DNA of 14,464 bases from Pseudobacteriovorax sp. Lineage in GTDB: Bacteria; Bdellovibrionota_B; Oligoflexia; Oligoflexales; Oligoflexaceae. Shown here in pieces: positions 1 to 7,567 of this stretch. Position 1 is the first letter of the stretch. The number at the start of each line of letters is the position of its first letter. The notes beneath the pieces are model-generated. The model did no database searches and was not told the DNA's origin. It worked only from the letters and a program-made list of their open reading frames with translations. The stretch lies in NCBI GenBank assembly GCA_050293845.1, contig JBNKNM010000137.1, positions 1-14,464 of the forward strand. The letters are read 5' to 3'. A program made the position numbers and the translations under genes.

Positions 1-48
1 GTTTTCGGGAAGTTTAAGAAATTGGAAGCCGCTTCTGCAAAGGCTTAA
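1..48 (+). CDS. Possible 3' end of a gene entering from the left edge (…VFGKFKKLEAASAKA*)
   Basis: Frame 1 is open from base 1 to TAA at 46-48 and is followed by AT-rich intergenic sequence. Too short to assign a product. Confidence 0.35.
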   Translation, partial: VFGKFKKLEAASAKA

Positions 49-146
49 AACCCAAAAAAATTATCTGGATTACTATAACATCCAAGTTTTAAAAAAAGAC
101 CACAAGAATTAGAATTTTTAAGTAGGAATTCTATTATCCATCCGGG

Positions 147-536
147 TTATTTTTTTTGGCGTTCCCACTTCTTAATGACCTGCCTAATCTCGTCCAAAGT
201 GAGGGGCTTACATATGAGGTCTACCATTCCTGCATGACGATAGGCTTGTTGATCGGCGGGTAGGGTATTCGCCGTCATGGCAATGATAGGTGGCGGAGGG
301 CTGTCATGGTGATTGAGAATCCAGTGGGTAGCCTCGAGGCCATCCATTTCGGGCATTTGGATGTCCATCAATACGATGTCGTATCGTATTGTCCTAATGG
401 CATTGATTGCTTCTAGGCCATTAGTGGCTATATCAGCCTCATAACCTAACTTTATTAGCATGCGCCTGGCTAGAATACCATTTACATGATTGTCTTCAGC
501 AATAAGAATTTTCGTTGGAATTGAATTAATCGTCAT
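147..536 (-). CDS. Stand-alone response regulator receiver (REC) protein, hybrid-kinase-type REC
   Basis: Motifs ILIAEDN, LMDIQMPEMDG (phosphoacceptor Asp), PIIAMTA and KP are present; there is no output domain. ATG at 536 preferred, TTG at 548 possible. Confidence 0.92.
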   Translation of the reverse strand: MTINSIPTKILIAEDNHVNGILARRMLIKLGYEADIATNGLEAINAIRTIRYDIVLMDIQMPEMDGLEATHWILNHHDSPPPPIIAMTANTLPADQQAYRHAGMVDLICKPLTLDEIRQVIKKWERQKK

Positions 537-579
537 CTTTTTTTTCAAGAAAATAAGTCAAACTAAGTCCCTTTATAGT

Positions 580-606
580 CATTCGGAAGCTTACCCGTTT
601 ACTTAA
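580..606 (-). promoter_or_regulatory. Weak candidate sigma28/FliA-type promoter for the REC gene
   Basis: Minus strand reads TTAA-N15-TCCGAATG, compared with the consensus TAAA-N15/16-GCCGATAA. Confidence 0.35.
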
Positions 607-659
607 TTATACCTAGCAGTAAGAGGTTTTTGCTAATTAAAATAGGGTTATATTTAATA

Positions 660-696
660 TTAAAGATCATTTTTTGTTTACAAAAATGATCTTTAA
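660..696. repeat. Perfect 15-bp AT-rich inverted repeat (operator or hairpin)
   Basis: TTAAAGATCATTTTT (660-674), 7-nt spacer, AAAAATGATCTTTAA (682-696). Confidence 0.6.
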
Positions 697-738
697 ATGA
701 AATTTTTCAAGAGTTGGAGTAATGCTTAATGAGAGATG

Positions 739-771
739 GGCTTAAAGAGAAGCCTAGCTTCTCTTTAAGCC
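739..771 (-). terminator. Strong 3' hairpin downstream of the cytochrome gene (terminator or stabilising stem)
   Basis: GGCTTAAAGAGAAGC-cta-GCTTCTCTTTAAGCC, a perfect 15-bp stem 12 nt past the stop at 784. No clear U-tract follows. Confidence 0.6.
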
Positions 772-783
772 AGAAGCCACTTA

Positions 784-2541
784 TTATTGGAGCTTCGCTT
801 TTTCGCTTTCTAAGAACTGAATAATAGTATCGATTTGTTGATCAGTTAAAGATTTAAATCGTCGTGGAGGCATAGTCAGCATATGTTCCCCTTTATGCAA
901 AGTAACTTCCTCACCCTCTTCATTGAAAAATTGAATGCCTTCAGACTTGAGCCGCTCTTCTGTGTAGCCCAATTTGAGCCTTTCTATGGCGATATCGATT
1001 TCTGCTGCTGCGTTGGCTCCCATCATCGCAAAGTCTATTTGGAAAGGTGCACCAACCGTTGCGTTATTTCCTTGACCTGGAGTACCTAGACTGAAATTGG
1101 CACGTGAGATTGAAGTATCTAGCTTTCCATTATGGCATTGGAAACAAGCCTGGATCAACATGGTTTCTGGAGGAGTTCCTTCGCGCACCGCAAAGCCCAT
1201 ATTCGCTCGTTGTGTATGGTCAGTTCTGAAGATGTCTCTGTGGTCTTCAAATTGATCCACCGTAATCATCCCAGCCCTAAAATCCTGGTATTGTTGTGTA
1301 TACTTTTGCAATAATGAGGGTTCAGTAACCTTCACATCGTGGTAAGGAATGGGAATAATATTGCGGCCATCGTTTGAGACACCTACAGCTGCTTGGGCAT
1401 AGAGTTCTTCCCAGGTAGCACTTTGGCCAGGAATTGTATTGTCAACCGGTTGAGCTCCGTTATTGTTGCTAACTTCATCTAGAATGGTTTGTGTTTGGAA
1501 TTCAATTTCAGGAATTTGATCTTGGTTAAAACCATTAGTTCTAATAAGGTCTTCGAGGTTAGCCGGGTCAGATCCTGATATTGCAGGTCCTGGAATTCCT
1601 CCGTAGGTTTCATCTTGGCCATGGGCGGCATAGTAGTCATCAATTAGTGTTGTGCCATTCCCACGATTATCGCGCATCCAGTGTACCCACGGATTACGTA
1701 ACTCTTGCATACGTCCAAAAACCTGCGTACCCACGCCTTCAGGTTGATGGCAATGGCGACAGTCAACGATAGTATTTTTTAAATCCTCATCCTGATAGAG
1801 GGTAAACTCGGTCCAATTAGACTCAACAGCCGGAGTCAAAAGCTCACCATTAGAACAGCCTTCTGGCTTAGCATTACAGGCTTGCTTAAAAGCTACGAGG
1901 AATAAATCAGGGTTGCTAGCTCCGTTATCATTTGCAACAAGAATTTCGGCAAATTGCTCACCGCGAACAAAGCCCATTGCGATGAAATTTGTTGTGTTAG
2001 CATTCCCACCAGGAGTCTGGTTGTTAAAAATGACAACCCGAGGGTTGATGGAGGAGACAAACTGACCTACTAATGAACTGGAGTGTCCTTGCACGGCAAA
2101 ACCTGGGTTGCCATTCGCACCATTATTTCCTCTATTGGTGACGTTCGATGGGTCTAAGTTAAGGGCGACCTGCATCTCTTTTAAGCTTTTCGGGCGGATT
2201 TTCTCGACGCAAAACTTCTGAATGACGATATTGGTTTTGCCTGCGTTGTTAGCACAGACTTGAGCCATCTGCTCTTCGCCTTCCTTTAGTGGTTTATCTG
2301 GGTTCTTTAGTTTTGAAAATTCCATGAAATCTTCATCGGTGATCGCTCTTTGGATCAGGGGTAGCTCTTTAACGTCCACCTTTTCAGTTGGGTTTTCCTC
2401 TTCCGAACTTCCTTTGGCGTCCTCTTTTTTCGATTCTTCGGTTTGATTATCGCTGTTTTGAGGTGTGAAAACACTGCCTTGTTTACAACCCGTCAAAAGA
2501 AATGTCAGTATTATGCTGGCAATTTTTGTTCCCTGGCTCAT
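784..2541 (-). CDS. Lipoprotein with two c-type heme-binding motifs (putative diheme cytochrome c, family not recognised)
   Basis: Signal peptide with lipobox LTGC and an acidic low-complexity tether. CRHCH at 1747-1761 and CFQCH at 1132-1146. C-terminal MPP…LTDQQIDTIIQFL resembles the class I cytochrome c Met ligand and final helix. ATG at 2541 preferred over TTG at 2553. Confidence 0.8.
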   Translation of the reverse strand: MSQGTKIASIILTFLLTGCKQGSVFTPQNSDNQTEESKKEDAKGSSEEENPTEKVDVKELPLIQRAITDEDFMEFSKLKNPDKPLKEGEEQMAQVCANNAGKTNIVIQKFCVEKIRPKSLKEMQVALNLDPSNVTNRGNNGANGNPGFAVQGHSSSLVGQFVSSINPRVVIFNNQTPGGNANTTNFIAMGFVRGEQFAEILVANDNGASNPDLFLVAFKQACNAKPEGCSNGELLTPAVESNWTEFTLYQDEDLKNTIVDCRHCHQPEGVGTQVFGRMQELRNPWVHWMRDNRGNGTTLIDDYYAAHGQDETYGGIPGPAISGSDPANLEDLIRTNGFNQDQIPEIEFQTQTILDEVSNNNGAQPVDNTIPGQSATWEELYAQAAVGVSNDGRNIIPIPYHDVKVTEPSLLQKYTQQYQDFRAGMITVDQFEDHRDIFRTDHTQRANMGFAVREGTPPETMLIQACFQCHNGKLDTSISRANFSLGTPGQGNNATVGAPFQIDFAMMGANAAAEIDIAIERLKLGYTEERLKSEGIQFFNEEGEEVTLHKGEHMLTMPPRRFKSLTDQQIDTIIQFLESEKAKLQ

Positions 2542-2585
2542 TTTGGTCCCCAAATAATTTTAAATTCAGTAGCGGCACTTTTACA

Positions 2586-2613
2586 TTATCGGCTTTCGTT
2601 TTATGAAACTTTA
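2586..2613 (-). promoter_or_regulatory. sigma28 (FliA/SigD)-type promoter for the cytochrome lipoprotein
   Basis: Minus strand reads TAAAGTTT-N12-GCCGATAA. Both boxes are exact matches to the extended consensus, giving TAAA-N16-GCCGATAA about 45 nt upstream of the ATG. Confidence 0.8.
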
Positions 2614-2853
2614 ACTATGATATATAAATATAGTAATTATAGATAGTTACATGGAATCAAGAACTGGACATGATTGACAGTATCTACAAAATTTTGAAAT
2701 GATTCACCGGCAGGTCTATACCTAAGGGTGTGATAGAGTAGGGTGATTAAAAAGTTATATTACTGTAATTTATGGGTGTTTTGTTATAGCTAAAGCTATA
2801 CAGGAGCTAAACAAGGCTGCAGTATAGTTTTAGTATTGAAACTGGGGGACAGA

Positions 2854-3357
2854 ATGAGAAGGCGCTTCTACAAATGGTATCTTGAGGCTATGGAGAAACC
2901 AGGTGTGTTTAAAACTTTACTCAGTATTTGGCCACCCTACTTGTTTTCAGGAATCAAAGTCGACTATGTGAGCTCTGACTATAGACTTGTTGTGGTTAGC
3001 CTCCGGCAAACTTTTTATAATCGCAATCATTTTGGGACTCACTTTGGGGGATCGCTGTTTGCCATGACGGATCCTTTTTTTATGTTCATGGTCTTACACA
3101 ATTTGGATAGTCAGAAATATTTTGTTTGGGATCGAAGTGCAAAAATAGATTTTCTCAAACCAGGAAAAGGTGTCGTTCAGGGGAAAATGACTCTAACCCA
3201 GGAACAGCTTGATGATATTAAGCAAAGGACTACCTCGGGAGAAAAATATGAGCCGACCTTTCAGGCTGAAATTACTGATGAAGAGGGTGCGGTCGTAGCC
3301 CGATATTCGAAGACAATTTACGTCCGATTGAAACCAAAGTTCCGCCAAGCTTCCTAG
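2854..3357 (+). CDS. DUF4442 / PaaI-like hotdog-fold (thioesterase superfamily) protein
   Basis: Motifs WPPYLFSGIKV, NRNHFGTHFGGSLFAMTDPF and VWDRSAKIDFLKPG. GGGGG RBS precedes the ATG at 2854. Confidence 0.85.
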   Translation: MRRRFYKWYLEAMEKPGVFKTLLSIWPPYLFSGIKVDYVSSDYRLVVVSLRQTFYNRNHFGTHFGGSLFAMTDPFFMFMVLHNLDSQKYFVWDRSAKIDFLKPGKGVVQGKMTLTQEQLDDIKQRTTSGEKYEPTFQAEITDEEGAVVARYSKTIYVRLKPKFRQAS

Positions 3358-3386
3358 GTGAAAGCTGGGCTGGCAATAGGTAAGTT

Positions 3387-3812
3387 TTATATTTCAAGAG
3401 CCCTGTTGTAAAAGGCTTTCATCATCCTGGGCAGGTTAACAGCTACAAGCTTATTCGTAATAGCTTTCGGAGCAAATACCTTGAGAGCCACATGGAGAGA
3501 ATAGGTCACTTTGCACTTGTTATTTCCTAAGGCCTCGATGTTCCAAGATCCTGAGTTAGTCTTAAATAACGAGCCAGAATCAAGGTTCCATTCTAATTTT
3601 GTCGGGGGATGTTGAGACATTTTGAGGATGTAAGACATTTTTTTGATAACGTGAATATTATACTGAATTTTTGCTGACTTCTCTGTCTTTTCAAGTACTT
3701 CAATACTATCGACTTCAGGTAGAATGTTCGCATAGTTCTCATAGTCGGTGATTGCCTTATAGAACTTTTCTGCAGATACGTCAAAAACTTCTTCTCTGGT
3801 GGTACCAGACAT
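3387..3812 (-). CDS. SRPBCC/START-fold polyketide cyclase-like protein (RatA/PasT/Coq10-like)
   Basis: Motifs FYKAITDYENYANILP, FKTNSGSW and KVTYSL. A strong GAGGAGGAG RBS places the start at ATG 3812 (MSGTT, 141 aa) rather than TTG 3887. Confidence 0.85.
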   Translation of the reverse strand: MSGTTREEVFDVSAEKFYKAITDYENYANILPEVDSIEVLEKTEKSAKIQYNIHVIKKMSYILKMSQHPPTKLEWNLDSGSLFKTNSGSWNIEALGNNKCKVTYSLHVALKVFAPKAITNKLVAVNLPRMMKAFYNRALEI

Positions 3813-3942
3813 AACTCCTCCTCTTGAATTCATACCGCTTAAGGCCCATCTATACTGTCTTATTACGTAAAGATCCGTCAAGTGCAAGGAGATCAGCTAT
3901 GGGTTTGAAAGTTATTTTAGGAGTGTGCTGGACTCTTACTCA

Positions 3943-4114
3943 GTAATTTTCCTGGGGAATAGAGGAGCATATTTAACCAGTAAGCCCGAGATCTGAAAAA
4001 AATCAGTTTGGCAGCCTCGCAGAGAATCTTGATAGCTTCGGGCACATAACAAGCGAAAGACAGGCCTGAATTGGCCTTACATTTGGTTAAATTAAGGCTC
4101 TTTTACCAGATTGC
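3943..4114 (+). ncRNA. Candidate structured non-coding RNA (long irregular hairpin, family unassigned)
   Basis: Nested pairings: CTGG/CCAG (3952-55 with 4106-09), TAGAGGAGC/GCTCTTTTA with 2 G-U (3960-68 with 4097-4105), ATTTAACCA/TGGTTAAAT (3971-79 with 4084-92), GTAAG/CTTAC (3980-84 with 4076-80) and CCCGA/TCGGG (3985-89 with 4038-42). Confidence 0.3.
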
Positions 4115-4124
4115 CCTTTTGTTC

Positions 4125-4151
4125 TAAAGATTTAACGTCTTCCACCGATGG
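4125..4151 (+). promoter_or_regulatory. Candidate sigma28-type promoter for the PilZ / REC-TPR operon
   Basis: TAAA(GATT)-N15-ACCGATGG, followed by a GGAGG RBS at about 4160-4164. Confidence 0.55.
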
Positions 4152-4171
4152 GAACAGAAGGAGGATCACCA

Positions 4172-4531
4172 TTGTTAAAAGATTCAGTGTTCATGCAAGA
4201 ACGTCGCTTCGAGGTTCGTTATAGCTTAAATGGACTGATTCCCATAAGGCTGATGTCTCAAGATATGGCTCCTGTTGTTGCCATGTTCATTGATGCCTCC
4301 AGTAGAGGGCTTGGGATCATTGTCGAACCTAAGTTAAGGGTGGATGAACACGTAACATTAAAGCTTTCTACAGGATTAGAGCTTGATATGATGGTCCGTT
4401 GGATTAAAAAACCAATTGGTTTCTCTACACCTGATACTCCCATTTTTCACAGAGCTGGACTGTGTTTAACGAACCCATCAGACATCGACATTGTGCGCTT
4501 ACTAGAACAGTATGACTGTGTGGATCATTAA
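4172..4531 (+). CDS. Single-domain PilZ protein (c-di-GMP receptor)
   Basis: Both c-di-GMP binding motifs are intact: QERRFEVR (RxxxR) and DASSRG (D/NxSxxG). The start is probably TTG 4172 (after GGAGG) or ATG 4193, because the track's ATG 4148 lies inside the candidate -10 box. Confidence 0.85.
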   Translation: MLKDSVFMQERRFEVRYSLNGLIPIRLMSQDMAPVVAMFIDASSRGLGIIVEPKLRVDEHVTLKLSTGLELDMMVRWIKKPIGFSTPDTPIFHRAGLCLTNPSDIDIVRLLEQYDCVDH

Positions 4532-4533
4532 TT

Positions 4534-6570
4534 ATGATGCTTGACCTGCGACTTATTGAAAACGGATATCTTCACGTAGGTGTAGTAGGATATTCAGAAA
4601 ATAAGCAAAAAGAAATAATGGAAGCCTTTAAAGGTTTAAACTTCCAATCTGTAGTAGGCTACAAGAGCTTTTCTGCTCTTAAGGAAGACGTATTAAAAGG
4701 GCGTATTCAGTGGGTTTTTTCTACACCGAAAGATGCATACGATATAAATCTGGAACAATTTATGGAAGAGGTTTACGAGAAGCTTGAGCTGATGCCTCTT
4801 GTTTTTAGCGTTTTGATTAACTACAATGATCTGCGGCAACTCCCAGCTCTTTTCGCGTGTGGACTTTTTACTTGGCATCCTGACAAAGGAGTACCTGAAT
4901 ATACGAGGCAAAGCCTTTGGAGGCTCAAGCGTAAGATCTCTCAGGTTCATGGTATTGGTCCTCTTATATCGTACTTGTTTTTTCGCACTTATTTAAAAGA
5001 AAAGAATCTGTGGCAAGAAATGACCGTTCTCTGTGAAAATATGATTAAGTATTTTCCCTATGAGGATTTGATAAAAGCTCACTTATTGGAAGCCTATATA
5101 TGCTCGGGACAAAAAGCCAAAAGCGAGGCATTGTTACATAACTTAGAAAATTTCGAGCAAGTCTCTTCGGTGCGATTGACAGAGTTAAGGAAGCATCTAC
5201 TTTCTGCAGCTAAACCAACAATAAGCCATCTATCAGAACGCTACAACTTTACTACAGCTTTAGTTGTCCATGCGAACAAGACTCAAAGGTACATGCTACA
5301 AGATATTCTTCAGCAATTTGGCTTTAAGAATATCTTGCTTTGTCAAGATGGGCAACAAGCCTGGGAGCATATTACAAAAGAAAAGATTGACTTCACAATT
5401 ATTGACTGGAATTGTGAGAATCTTTCTGCTGCTAATTTATTACAACGTATTCGTTTATGCGGTTATTGGGAGTTTCCCATTATTGTCCAAGCTAATAACC
5501 TTAAACCCAGCGAAATACAACTCATCAAGCTATATGGAGTCGCCTGTTGCGTCCCCAATGTGAGTAATCAATTTTTCCACAAGATGGTTATTTCTTGGAA
5601 TCTTGTGCAAGGAAAAGAGCCAAGTGAAGCCCAAGGTATTGAACGAAAAGTGCTAGAAAGGCTCGGAGTTCGTGATGTTCCCCGTGCCATCCGGTATTTT
5701 GAAAAGTACTTACGAGTGGCAAGTCGTGATCCGGGTAAAGAAAAATTATTACTCGCTCAAATCGAGATGGCAAAGGGAAATTACCTAGATGCAAGGTATT
5801 TGCTATTGGAAGCGAGAAACGAAACAAAAGTAAATATAGTAAAAGTTGATACCATGATTGCTCAATGTCTATTTGCATTAGGAGATTATGCTGGTGTAAT
5901 CAGTTTACTGAAGCGTATCAAAAAACATGCTGTTAATATGATAGAAGTTGATACCTTATTAGCTAGATCACATCTTAGAATTGGAGATTTGACATCAGCT
6001 ATGAGGATTGTCAATGAAGAAGCTCAGATAGATGGAGAACACCCATGGGTTCTTCGGGTGATGGCAAAGGCATTTGCCTTAAATGAAAATCTAGATCGAG
6101 TTGATCAAATTTCTCATAAAATAAATATGGCTATATCCATTAGAGATTGTCTCAATCTCGGGCGTGTATATTGTAACAACGATGCCCTCTTCCAAAAAGG
6201 AGTGAATCTTTATCGTACATGCCTCGATCTTTGCGAAAAGTACGATAAACCTTTGAAAGATACGGTTGAACTGAACTTAGCTATAGCCTATATCTTTGAT
6301 CGAAAGTTAGATTTAGCAATCGCTCACTTCGAACAGGTAGCAGAGGTTTCAGAACAATTAAAAATGGTTTATGAAAAAGTTCAGGAATTTTTAGGTGAAC
6401 CATCAGCAAAAGTACCGGAATTTAAGTTTATCAGTTTCGAAAGGGTTGCTGATTTTAGAGAAAATTATCTAAAAAAACATGAGATTGAGCTAGTAGAGAC
6501 TCCTACCGTCAGTAAGGACTCTAGTTTATTGTTTCTTCGGGGAATTTTCCCGAAACATAAGGCTGCATAG
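4534..6570 (+). CDS. Degenerate receiver domain plus tetratricopeptide-repeat protein
   Basis: Central REC-like segment at about 5250-5600 (ALVVHAN…GFKNI…DGQQAWE…IDFTIIDWN…FPIIV). C-terminal helical TPR-like repeats include LAQIEMAKGNYLDARYLL, AQCLFALGDYAGVISLL and LAIAYIFDRKLDLAIAHFEQV. Starts 2 nt after the PilZ stop. Confidence 0.75.
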   Translation: MMLDLRLIENGYLHVGVVGYSENKQKEIMEAFKGLNFQSVVGYKSFSALKEDVLKGRIQWVFSTPKDAYDINLEQFMEEVYEKLELMPLVFSVLINYNDLRQLPALFACGLFTWHPDKGVPEYTRQSLWRLKRKISQVHGIGPLISYLFFRTYLKEKNLWQEMTVLCENMIKYFPYEDLIKAHLLEAYICSGQKAKSEALLHNLENFEQVSSVRLTELRKHLLSAAKPTISHLSERYNFTTALVVHANKTQRYMLQDILQQFGFKNILLCQDGQQAWEHITKEKIDFTIIDWNCENLSAANLLQRIRLCGYWEFPIIVQANNLKPSEIQLIKLYGVACCVPNVSNQFFHKMVISWNLVQGKEPSEAQGIERKVLERLGVRDVPRAIRYFEKYLRVASRDPGKEKLLLAQIEMAKGNYLDARYLLLEARNETKVNIVKVDTMIAQCLFALGDYAGVISLLKRIKKHAVNMIEVDTLLARSHLRIGDLTSAMRIVNEEAQIDGEHPWVLRVMAKAFALNENLDRVDQISHKINMAISIRDCLNLGRVYCNNDALFQKGVNLYRTCLDLCEKYDKPLKDTVELNLAIAYIFDRKLDLAIAHFEQVAEVSEQLKMVYEKVQEFLGEPSAKVPEFKFISFERVADFRENYLKKHEIELVETPTVSKDSSLLFLRGIFPKHKAA

Positions 6571-6572
6571 TA

Positions 6573-7442
6573 TTAGTGAGCATGGGGCGTTTTAATTTTG
6601 TCCAAACCTTGGGTAAAGGCGATAAATCCTCTCACTGCTTTTTGCGCTACTTCTGGTAATAGGTGTGGAGCAGGTTTAGGGACTGGTGATACTTCAACTG
6701 TTAGAGCGAAAGTACCATAAGTCATATAAGCATAATCAATAAATTCTCCTTCACTTTTGTAGTCTTTATAAGATTGTTTATACTTGTGAATTCCCATGGC
6801 ATTAGCAATGAGCTTACCGAGGGAAAAAAACTGTCGTTCATGGTAAACTTTTTTATTGGAAAAACACCAGGGCCATAGAATGGCTTCAATTCCAGCATGA
6901 AAAGCAACAGAACCGACAAAGTTATGCTCTTCCATGAGGTTGGCAACCAATCGCGTTTCAACAAGACGAAATGGCTTTTGTAAGTTTGTGGGATGAGGGT
7001 AATCGCGGTTGGGATCTGTTCCATCGGCGGCAAAGCGCGACTCCATTACAAACCCATCAGGGTTAACTAATGGTTGAATGATGAAACGATAGCGGTTGAG
7101 CATATTGCGCACAACTTTTTCATTTTTTTTACGCGCTAAATAATCAATCACAGCTAGAGAAGCTTCTGTCGAAGCTTTCTCATTGCCATGATGGGTGCCG
7201 TTAATAAAGATTGCAGGAGCTTGAGGATCCTTACCTTCAAATATTTCTAAAGCCCCTATTTCTAAACCTTTTGCTGAATATCCTAGCTTCTTATATTGAA
7301 TATGATCGTGGATGACAGCCTGTTTTTTAAGAAACTGTTCGATGTAGGTATAATCATGATATTGATCAAACCGAATACCGTAGCTAGCTTTTGGAGCCAA
7401 TAAAACTACGACGCCGGTTACTATCCAAAGTAACCGTAGCAT
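6573..7442 (-). CDS. Secreted M14-family zinc carboxypeptidase
   Basis: Signal peptide, then zinc ligands HGNE (HxxE) and FHAG, plus PLVNPDG, DPNRDY and the catalytic Glu in TVEV. Confidence 0.9.
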   Translation of the reverse strand: MLRLLWIVTGVVVLLAPKASYGIRFDQYHDYTYIEQFLKKQAVIHDHIQYKKLGYSAKGLEIGALEIFEGKDPQAPAIFINGTHHGNEKASTEASLAVIDYLARKKNEKVVRNMLNRYRFIIQPLVNPDGFVMESRFAADGTDPNRDYPHPTNLQKPFRLVETRLVANLMEEHNFVGSVAFHAGIEAILWPWCFSNKKVYHERQFFSLGKLIANAMGIHKYKQSYKDYKSEGEFIDYAYMTYGTFALTVEVSPVPKPAPHLLPEVAQKAVRGFIAFTQGLDKIKTPHAH

Positions 7443-7488
7443 AAATATTGCCTCTTAGATTTGTTTTGTGATTAATGACTGCTTTAAA

Positions 7489-7517
7489 ATGTTAATAGCT
7501 AACACAGATACTGTCAA
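7489..7517 (-). promoter_or_regulatory. Candidate sigma70-type promoter for the carboxypeptidase
   Basis: Minus strand reads TTGACA-N17-TAACAT, about 47 nt upstream of ATG 7442. Confidence 0.55.
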
Positions 7518-7567
7518 TTACTGCTTAGAAAGCTTGTGTTAAAGCCACTTGTCAAGTAGAATGCGAG

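Noticed and set aside
883..2646. Short + strand ORFs 883-1089, 1132-1314, 1581-1772 and 2443-2646
   Set aside because: Antisense shadows of the cytochrome gene or its promoter, with no recognisable motifs.
2674..2702. sigma70 promoter at TTGACA 2674-2679
   Set aside because: No acceptable -10 hexamer at 16-18 nt spacing.
3387..3812. RatA/PasT toxin-antitoxin locus
   Set aside because: No adjacent RatB/PasI-like ORF, and the START/Coq10 fold alone does not imply toxicity.
3958..4102. Lysine riboswitch resemblance (AGAGGAGC…AGTA start and a TGGCC…AAGGCT P4-like hairpin)
   Set aside because: No recognisable P3, P5 or closing GGAG..CTA segment, and the downstream gene is PilZ rather than lysine metabolism. 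Kept only as an unassigned structured region.
3900..4150. c-di-GMP (GEMM) riboswitch upstream of the PilZ gene
   Set aside because: The characteristic GCAAA…GAAA tetraloop/receptor architecture was not found on either strand.
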